Assembly (NCBI GenBank): GCA_964200075.2
Contig: CAXNAA020000040.1
Span: forward strand, 1-32,280
Reading direction: 5' to 3'
Length of the DNA: 32,280 bases
From: Sphacelaria rigidula
Taxonomy: Eukaryota
Both the position numbers and the translations under genes were made by a program. How positions within the stretch are numbered: the first letter of the stretch is position 1; each line of letters starts with the position of its first letter. The notes under the pieces were generated by a model. That model was not told where the DNA came from, ran no database searches, and was given only the letters and a program-made list of their open reading frames with translations. Below, one piece after another: positions 25,001-32,280 of this stretch.

Positions 25001-28000
25001 GGTAACTTGGGATGGAGCATGTGTCCTGTTCGACAGAGGTTCGGCACAGGTCCGCACAATCCATGACGTGTTCATTATTCCTCCGTGTTTTATTTTTTCA
25101 TTTCTTGTCCACGGTTTTTTGATCGTTATGGCCCCCATTCACGGGCATAACAGTGTTGCAAAAACGCATGTTGCAACAAACCCACGTGTTCAAAAAGTGA
25201 CTCTCCTGTTTTGCCCAGCTCAGTGCTGCAGCATGTAGGTGTCGAACTCGAGACACCACATAGCACTACCTATACTCGTACAGTAAACCCACCACTGTTG
25301 AAGTACAGTGCCACTGGTAAGCTCTATCATATGTGTAACGCTACTAGTGGTGCTGATGACTTGTGTACGCTCGATTCGAATACTGGACTGGCTGTCAAAC
25401 TGTCTTGTACCTGCCTGTACCGACCTTCAAGTGTGCAAATATGAAGAATACCGAACTGATCAACCGTGCGTACCATTCCCAGCCGCTCCGCGTTTGTGCA
25501 GGTCTCACCATTCCTCCCTTGAGCGGAAGTGCTTGTCTAATACCAAAAAAAGGTATCATGCCCACACCCAAAATCACGTAGTTGTACGCGAATACACGAT
25601 GCGAGGACTGTGTGCAGTGGTTCCCTTTTGTCGTGTCTTTTAAGTGCCCTTCTACTGCTTGGGGTCATATCTCAACGAGACGAAGATCACATGCTCCCAA
25701 CAAACAGCGTCCATGAGAAGCATTGTGATTGGCCGTCGCGGTACGACCCCCACTCACAGAAAATGAAATTCTTGAAGCCCTTTTTCTGCTTCTCAGTCTT
25801 CCTCTATGAAGTCTTTCTTACACTCAGAAAATACCTTGGACTGCTTGCCAAAACTTTTGCTTGAAGGGAACATGAAGCAGAGACACAAAATCCTCCAGCG
25901 TGGTGCACGCCTGTCATATCTATCATCATTCCGAGGATCGGATGGATCATCGCTGGTCCAAATCAACAATTCTACGATTCATGAGGCCTTTTTGATAAAA
26001 GGGAAGAATAGAGCTGATTGCGGGATAAATATATTATCTATGTAATGTTTGCGCTATTCCACGTGCCTGGGGTGCGTTCCCCTGGAGTGCAACGCTAAAA
26101 ACAAAACATAGCCGTGGGATTGTTTCGTACGGTACGAATTAATCGTATTGAAGGCGAAAAAATTCCAGACGAATCATTATTCGTCCGACCCTTGCATCAT
26201 TTGGCGCAGACCAAAGCACAACAATACATTAACTTGTGATTGCGCTCTCATGTGATGGACAGCGTGTAACTCGAACTGCAGCCGTTGATCTACTGAGTTC
26301 TTGGCTTGGGTCGAATGGGTTCAATATGAAATAGACTACGATGGTAAGCATCAGACGCGCGCCACATCACAGACGCTCGAACAGTCAACAATTGCATCGT
26401 GAGCAACTTTTTTGGTATGCACATGGCCACCCCCACTCCAACACCGAAACGGAATGCCGATAAACAAAGACCAGTGTGTAAAGCGAAGCAAGAGCTAGCA
26501 CGAGATGTGATGCGCTTGTGCTGCGGGTGCCTGCGCGTGTTCGTCAAGGCTCTGCTGTTTAGGTGTAGCGTGTTTCAGTCACTGTCCCTGTGGTGACGGC
26601 TGAGGTTCTCAGACCTCTTTAGGTCTACGTTCACTGCGAAAGAATCGTGTCTCTATAAAGGAAGAGTACATTTGCGTGTCGTTTTGAGCATCCGAACCGG
26701 TCGTTGCTGCAGAAAAACCGTGGCAGGCAGTTTTGTTCTGCTTTTTTTTTGTCCTCGTCCAGGCACGGCCCAAGACGCAGTGGGGGGTGCGAGAATGATT
26801 CGGGTTTGAGACAAATATTACCCACAGATTTCTCCTCGATAAAGGCGCAGCGCCCAGGTGGGAAAACATCAGAGATTCGATGACCAGTCGTTGTTGTGCG
26901 GTTCGTAAGCTTGACACGCAAATCGTTTTGTTGCTCGTCCTACGCTTGCATGTCAGAGCATATAATGTGATCGCGAAGGCACGAGGGCAGCTCCATGCGG
27001 TGTACATCATTACGGAGTATGCACAGGGAGGCGACTTGCTTAAGCTGCTGTTAAGAAAAGAGACCCCTCTTGGATGGAGATTCCGAATACAAATCGCCAA
27101 GGAGGTATGCAGTGTGAAATTCGTCGCGGATCACAAGTTGGAACAGGAGTTGTTCAATAATCACTGTCGTGTATGGGGTGGCTGCGATGGTTTTCACGCG
27201 TTGGGTAGGTTTCATCGTTCGCGTCTCCAATTCTGGACGAACCCCTCCAGAACTTGCCTGTTTTTGCCGGAACAAGTAGGTTCAGCGTTCACTTTCCTAG
27301 GTCGACTGCGAATGTATCCAACCGTCCAACAAGTAGGTTCAGCGTTCACCTTCCTAGATCGACTGCGAATGTATCCAACCGTCCGATGGTCGCATCGTAC
27401 CGATTGAAGGATAATTTCGAGCAACATGCTTGCGTTGCGTGCAGGTCCTGATTTTTTTTGTTCTTTCGCATATTTGAACGGTGCACAGGGTGTGGAAGCG
27501 CTTGAGTACCTGCACAGCCAGCAGCTCATCCACCGCGATATCAAAAGCAGCAACTTTTTGCTGGACGCGGACTGGCACTGCAAACTGAGCGACTTTGGCA
27601 TGGCGAGGGAGGCGAGTATGGCATCATCGCCGTACGCCCAGGGCGGGGAGATAATGTGAAACATGTCGTCTATAGCAGTGCGTCTGGTATGTTTGGAATG
27701 AGACGCTCGGAGCTTACCGCCAGCATCGCATAGTTGTGCCCCTCTTGTCTTCAAACAGGCAATGGGTTCGGCATTGACGCCCAATTGAACGTGAGTTATT
27801 AAACCGTCTTTGCGCCCAAAGCTCCCTGCCGTCACACTACCCGGGAACTCTGCGACCTTTTTGTGCCTCAATCGACTTATCTGTGCACTGGTTTTCACTG
27901 TGCAGGTGTCCAGCAGTGGTAAGATGACAATATGCGGCACAGACGAGTATATGGCGCCAGAAATGCTGTTTGACGAGTCCTTCAGCTACCCCGCTGACAT

Positions 28001-31000
28001 GTTCAGTTTTGGTGAGGATTTCAAGGGCAGGTCGAGTAGAGTATACTCAATTGCGGGGTACTTTGAAAGACGTACTTGGGGTACTCAAATTAGGGCAGAT
28101 TGTTGGGAGTTGTACCCAAAATACAACTGGAAAGCGATCCCTGAAACCCCACCCCCAATTTGTGTACCTTAAGTACGACTTTCGAAATACCCGCAATTGA
28201 GTATACTTACTCGACCTACCCTTGGAGGATTTCATTAAGCGTTTTTCGTCCAAGCGAATTCCACCTGTCCTGTTACCCTGTTCGGGTGTGATTACGGTTC
28301 GTTAACCGCTGATACTCGATGTGCGCAACGCGTCGGATCATACGTCTGCCTCGTGTGTGCCCTCAGTTTTGTGCGTTTTGTGCGCTTTCTCCAAAGGTGT
28401 ATTTAGCACTTTCTGCTTGCGCTGCACAGTACTACTGTTGCTTCAGTACAAGGCAGGTACGTAATACTGATTGTCGGCGACTTCGAAGTTAGGCGCTTAC
28501 GTCTAGCCTCAGCATCAGCACGCAGTCCACTCTTTGGTAGTCAGTTGCGTTTTGCCAACCCCGCTTGGCATTTCGTTCCATTTCGTCCGTGCTTACCCAT
28601 GATCAATTCCAGGAATGGTCCTCCTAGAGTTAATTACAAGGAAGAAGATCGGCGAAAATGGATTCGCTCGAAGGACACCGGCGAAGCTGTTCGCGCTGGA
28701 GGCGGATGAAATAAGGAACGAGGCCCCGCCAGATGCACCAGATTCACTTCTCAACCTTGCTGCTGAGTACGTTTCTCGCTGACTGTAGTGTGTGCCCTGG
28801 CAATCGTCCGTTCACCGTTCTCTGCTTGACAGTTAGCCGATGTATATATTTTCTGCACCGTGATGGCTAGAGTTGGGCGTGCACCGGGAATACCGCTACA
28901 GCGGCTCGCTGTGTCTGCAACTGAAAGCTGTGTCTTATTCTCATTCCACTTGTTGTCAATGCCGGTAGGTGCATGGAGTACGAGGCAGAGGAACGCCCAT
29001 CTGCCGATGAGACGAGAGCATGGCTAGAGGTGAATTCATAAGACTTGTCATGTTCATTGGATTCCTGTGGCCACGAATGGATGTTGGTCTCACGACCAGT
29101 GAGTGCTATATACGGCCGGTGAAGAAGAAGCCTACCCCCAAGGGTACTTGAGTTGCAGCCATGCCAGACAGAGGGAACGGGAGTGTATCTCCTCTGATTT
29201 TTAGGTGAGGCGCAATTATTTCCCGTTCATAGGAGCGGCATGTGAGTGTGGCTGAAAGCGCGTGACCAACGCCCGCTTCCAGGAATTGCTCACCGAGCTT
29301 CCGCACGACACCTGCGCGATACCGGAGGCACCTGATATCCCTGCGATACCGGAGCCCGAGGAGACAATCGATCCCTTTGATACACCGCCGACGTCCATGA
29401 GCGGAGCACTTTCGGCGTTGGGCGAACTACACAAGGCTTCTGCGAGCTCTCTCAACGATGATCAGACGCGGGTCCGCACCGGTGGTCCAGAGAGGTGTGG
29501 AGATCCTTCAAGCTGAAGAGTATGTCAAGTGTAATTTGGGTCATCATTGACTTGATTCTTTTTGAGGCTAACCATCGTCTGAATATATATGTTGTGGCAT
29601 CATGACATGTGCAAATGTGCAGGAGCGTCCTCTTTTTTTGTACTGTAAGAATGCATTTATTTGTATTTACACCGTGTCTAGTCGCGAAGGAAGATAGCAA
29701 AGCTGGACGGTTCAGAGCTCGGCCGCTCCTGATTTGCCTCCATCGATCAACTCATTGGAACTCCCAACAGGCTGCATTTGACCGCGCAGGAAAGCATCGG
29801 TCTCCCTTCCCCGCCATGTATGGCAGACGATCAGTCCTATTTTTCGTCTTCTCACCGGCCAGTAATGACTGAAGATGGAGAAGAGAACTTCGTACCGCAA
29901 AAGATGGGATACCTCCATATCAAGAACCAGGTGAACTAAAGGTGGCTTGTCAAGGATGCTCTCGACAACAAGTCGGAAAATGTGTAGCTAGTCCGATTCC
30001 CTTTTCATATTTTAAGCTGCGACATGAGTATTCATCACTCAAAATGTTGAAAATCAAAAGTCAGCATATGAACGAGAACGGAATGATCGCGTTACTGTGT
30101 TGGAGTGTCGCTCTGATTCCGATCGCTCTTCTTGCCTCTGCTCGTATTTGCTCAGGGTCTCGGCTTCCGAAACTGGAAAAAACGCTGGTTCGTACTCAAG
30201 GGGGCAGAGCTGGTGTGTTACAAGGATGGAGGGCTGATTGAGACGGTGGAGTTAAGAGGTTGCTCCATCAAACGCGGCAAGGTAAAAATCGCGGCGGACG
30301 ATAGATTGCACTTGTTTCAACGAGTGCTGAACCTGTGACATTCGAGATTCGTAAATCAACCCTAAAGTCCTCACGCAAGGACTTTGTTCAGGTTACCTCA
30401 ATATGTTATCAAATTTTCCCGATGACCACTCAAGCAGGCGTCAAGGTTCCAGATAGTAAAAGTCAACCAGAAGCCAGATTCCCCCGAGGATAGGGAGGGT
30501 GTCGAAGAGATGGAGCTGGCAGCCACCAACGCCAGCTCGTTGGAGTCTTGGTTAACTGTCATCGAGGTGCGTTTGGTGTGCTTTCCACGCCTGACACTCC
30601 ACATGAGTGCAGTCAACAGCGCCCGAGTTCTAGGTGTAACGAATACTGCCGTGTAGTCTGCGCATGTATCTTCCGAGTTGAGCCTGGCTGGTGCATCGTA
30701 CAGCCAAAATCAACAACATTTTAGCTAGATTGAGAGGCTAACTTTCGATCGAGTGAGCTGTTATTGGGAAATTGTTGTTCTTACGTGTTCCTATCGTCCC
30801 TATTAATGAATGAAACACTGACACGTAATAGTAAATAAGGGGGATGCGCATATCAATCATCGAAATGTTCCTCTTCTTATTGCGCCACTCCACGTTGAGC
30901 AGGTAATGATCACCTGTCATACCTGATGTCATGCATTCCAAAAATGTTATGATGATACATACATTGATTGCGAGTGGAGAGTATTGACCCGTCGCGATTC

Positions 31001-31990
31001 CAAAATATTGCACATCGACGTTTGTTTGCTTTCGGATTATATATCCAACGACTATGCAACTCTCTGGAATGTTATCCCCTTGACCCGCCAGGGTTGCAGA
31101 TTAGGGTCACGCAGTATCTTGTCGAGTGAAACATTATGCCGATTCGACACACGGCTAAAAACATGACTCTCAGACTGAAGCTATACTCTTCATCTGGCGA
31201 ATATTTTGCATTTGTATTTTTTTTCTCTTGTAATCCTATTGTAACCGCACTGGCCCGTGCGACAGAGTGCCATTAAATACGCGAACGAGCAAGGGGTGAT
31301 GGCACCCACATACCGAGAAGCGCGACCCGTGAGCTATGGAGGAGGGAATGACAACTCAGGCAGCATAATGGACTGGCTACTTGACCTACGACTGGAATCA
31401 CTGTGGCCAAACTTCGAGAAGCATGGGTGAGTTCGGCGAAAAACTTCGAGAAGCGATAATTTATTTTCAAGGTTCGAAAATTTAAGCCAGCGCTCCTGGT
31501 CGGTTACGTGTACACCTTACCTATGTGCAGGTACACCGATCTCAAGAGGATCAAGGAGCAAGGGCTCAAAAACGCAGACCTGGAGAAAATGGAGATCAAA
31601 AACCCCATTCACCGCAGGTATGAGACTAAATATTCGCCCGTCCAGATCTGCAGACCACTGAATGATATTGCGTTGTGCTTGCGCGAAGCATTCCCCAGTT
31701 TTTTGCTGCTGAGCATCCCCCCGTTCTTTGCTGCCGAGCGACGAACAACTCATGTTGTATCACGGGATTACCCATGCATCGCTTTTTTTCATCATGTGTT
31801 CTGCGCGGCGCACTAGATTTTTGCTGGACGTCGGCAGGGCTCCTTTCCGAACTAGTATCAAGGTATCTGTGGTTGGACACCGCTCTTTCGGAGATATAAT
31901 CATGTTCAAGGTGGTGACTGAGTGGCGGGCGTGGTATGCGAAGACGGAAAAGCTATACACAGATTTGAACAAGCTCCACAACAAGCTGCG
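12466..31990 (+). CDS. Multi-exon TKL (LIMK/TESK/LISK-like) protein kinase with PH, SAM and partial PX domains; 3' incomplete. Exons: 12466-12576, 12832-13013, 26957-27104, 27489-27611, 27906-28011, 28613-28766, 28969-29029, 29283-29494, 29771-29930, 30156-30281, 30438-30566, 31266-31426, 31531-31617, 31817-31990
   Basis: Manual splicing gives 1934 nt (644 codons + 2 nt) with no internal stop and matching phases at every junction. Motifs in order: [63 protein letters not shown] (KMGYLHIK...WKKRWFVL...ESWLTVI); SAM (DWLLDLRL...F.KHGYTDL...[17 protein letters not shown]); PX-like ([13 protein letters not shown]). Confidence 0.9.
12832..13013 (+). CDS. Kinase exon 2: Gly-rich loop, VAVK lysine, helix C
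   Basis: tcag|GTT acceptor; [30 protein letters not shown]...[21 protein letters not shown]; donor GG|gtgag (phase 2). Missing from the ORF track. Confidence 0.92.
13295..14313. mobile_element. ~1-kb non-autonomous PIF/Harbinger-like element
   Basis: TIRs ggccgtgtttta (13295-13306) / taagacacggcc (14302-14313); identical 3-bp TGA flanks; body homologous to 21957-22740 in inverse orientation. Confidence 0.7.
13307..13508. mobile_element. Younger related Harbinger-like MITE with an internal 81-bp tandem duplication
   Basis: 26-bp TIRs, 25/26 identical (ggccctgtcttagcacatgggttttc / gaaaacccatgtgcttagacagggcc); duplicated unit at 13326 and 13407. Confidence 0.85.
15700..16900 (-). mobile_element. 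5'-truncated, decayed RTE-clade LINE (reverse transcriptase C-terminal half)
   Basis: [13 protein letters not shown] (YADD), [20 protein letters not shown], and downstream [16 protein letters not shown]...W motifs, with frameshifts. Contains a poly-C tract and an N gap. Boundaries approximate. Confidence 0.88.
15979..16141. other. Assembly gap and low-quality homopolymer region
   Basis: 61 C (15979-16039), 10 N (16064-16073) and a second C run ending at 16141. Confidence 0.85.
17335..19101. mobile_element. 1.77-kb fold-back element: long inverted arms built of ~206-bp tandem units around a ~510-bp unique spacer
   Basis: Termini tagggtgatgctatttccaagtc / gacttggaaatagcaatacccta; left arm 17335-~17901 (unit marks 17375, 17580, 17787); right arm ~18414-19101 inverted (18631, 18838, 19080). 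Confidence 0.85.
19190..19680 (+). repeat. Degenerate ~42-bp tandem repeat with core cacccttgattcgtacg
   Basis: Core at ~19194, 19237, 19279, 19321, 19363, 19404, 19439 and 19659. Confidence 0.75.
21568..21917 (+). mobile_element. hAT-like MITE with ~82-bp internal repeats (copy 1)
   Basis: Left end caggaaccgtaggtaaggta is the inverted counterpart of the family's right end taccttaccttcgatccctg; taccgtgg marks at 21628, 21711, 21789. Confidence 0.7.
21957..22740 (-). mobile_element. Diverged inverted copy of the 13295-14313 Harbinger-like element
   Basis: Begins with TIR-like cggcgtgtctcagcac; colinear reverse-complement similarity to ~13595-14313 (e.g. cgctcatggacagt, gagcacaRggatagat, gctttttcga). 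Confidence 0.75.
22897..23391 (+). mobile_element. hAT-like MITE with ~82-bp internal repeats (copy 2, left end lost)
   Basis: accgtggta marks at ~22942, 23025, 23108, 23190, 23271; same 3' end as copy 1. Confidence 0.72.
26957..27104 (+). CDS. Kinase exon 3: hinge region
   Basis: tcag|A completes GG+A (Gly); [49 protein letters not shown]; donor GAG|gtatgc. Confidence 0.9.
27271..27384 (+). repeat. 57-bp tandem duplication in intron 3
   Basis: aacaagtaggttcagcgttcacYttcctagRtcgactgcgaatgtatccaaccgtcc twice, with 2 mismatches. Confidence 0.92.
27489..27611 (+). CDS. Kinase exon 4: catalytic loop and DFG
   Basis: acag|[44 protein letters not shown]; probable GC donor GAG|gcgagt (3' boundary less certain). 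Confidence 0.88.
27906..28011 (+). CDS. Kinase exon 5: activation segment/APE
   Basis: tgcag|[38 protein letters not shown]; donor G|gtgag (phase 1). Confidence 0.92.
28022..28224. mobile_element. 203-bp MITE with ~70-bp TIRs and a perfect 8-bp TSD (P- or hAT-type)
   Basis: caagggcaggtcgagtagagtatactcaattgcggg... / ...cccgcaattgagtatacttactcgacctacccttg; TSD gaggattt at 28014-28021 and 28225-28232. Confidence 0.92.
28613..28766 (+). CDS. Kinase exon 6
   Basis: ccag|GA completes Gly; [50 protein letters not shown]; donor GA|gtacgt. Confidence 0.88.
28969..29029 (+). CDS. Kinase exon 7 (subdomain XI)
   Basis: tag|[21 protein letters not shown] containing the invariant Arg of RPS; donor GAG|gtgaat. 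Confidence 0.87.
29283..29494 (+). CDS. Exon 8: Pro/acidic linker
   Basis: ccag|[30 protein letters not shown]...; donor AG|gtgtgg (phase 2) chosen for compatibility with exon 9, so the 3' end is less certain. Confidence 0.7.
29771..29930 (+). CDS. Exon 9: linker and start of PH domain
   Basis: ctgat branch-like site then aacag|G; ...[22 protein letters not shown]; donor CAG|gtgaac. An alternative acceptor at 29862/29863 is possible. Confidence 0.7.
30156..30281 (+). CDS. Exon 10: PH domain
   Basis: tcag|[45 protein letters not shown]; donor AAG|gtaaaa. Confidence 0.9.
30438..30566 (+). CDS. Exon 11: PH domain C-terminal helix
   Basis: gcag|[11 protein letters not shown]...[19 protein letters not shown] with the conserved PH Trp; donor GAG|gtgcgt. 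Confidence 0.85.
31266..31426 (+). CDS. Exon 12: start of SAM domain
   Basis: acag|[12 protein letters not shown]...[21 protein letters not shown]; donor GG|gtgagt. Confidence 0.85.
31531..31617 (+). CDS. Exon 13: SAM domain
   Basis: gcag|[30 protein letters not shown]; donor AG|gtatga. Confidence 0.87.
31817..31990 (+). CDS. Exon 14: end of SAM, start of PX-like domain
   Basis: ctag|[59 protein letters not shown]; donor CG|gtgagc; gene continues past the window. Confidence 0.8.
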
Positions 31991-32280
31991 GTGAGCCCAC
32001 GACGTTCAATCATGTGCTTGTCGATATTGGTTCCGAACCGTTGGAGCTTGCTTGTCTTCCAGATGGAGGGGTGTTCTCCTCGCGATTCCTGTAATTCACG
32101 AATGATGAATGGTTATCGCCGCCATCACGATATTACGGTGCTGCCCTTAACCCTTTTGGGACCGAGCCCCCAGAACGATCAATGAGGCTGGTCAGGAATG
32201 ATGTGTCTGGCGTCTGCACGAAACAGTGGCGTGTCGCTGAAAATCCGCGTATGTAACCGCAGGGTTATGACGAAGACCGA

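Noticed and set aside
29690..29820. Alternative extra exon from ORF 29609-29872
   Set aside because: The 29494/29771 junction gives an open frame straight into the PH domain with better splice signals.

Overview
Eukaryotic, intron-rich and repeat-dense genomic DNA, most consistent with a brown alga (Phaeophyceae; inferred from intron style and an Ectocarpus-type RTE LINE, not proven). Nearly all ORFs in the supplied track are spurious. By splicing exons manually I find one well-supported + strand gene: ATG 12466, at least 14 phase-compatible exons to 31990, continuing beyond the window. It encodes a TKL (LIMK/TESK/LISK-like) kinase followed by PH, SAM and the start of a PX domain. Its intron 2 is 13,943 bp and packed with transposon remnants, and intron 4 is probably GC-AG. 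Head-to-head with it (368 bp between ATGs) lies a - strand first exon resembling the N-terminus of PTPA, the PP2A activator. The remainder is a nested set of non-autonomous elements: a 513-bp loopless palindrome inside a Tourist-like MITE, a 1.77-kb fold-back element, Harbinger-like elements, piggyBac-like mini-MITEs, a MITE whose 8-bp TSD overlaps a splice donor, an RTE LINE fragment and a decayed Academ-like Cys8 frame. I found no CRISPR array, rRNA or tRNA, and no clearly new biological system; the most novel candidates are the kinase architecture, the divergent kinase/PTPA pair and several TE structures.
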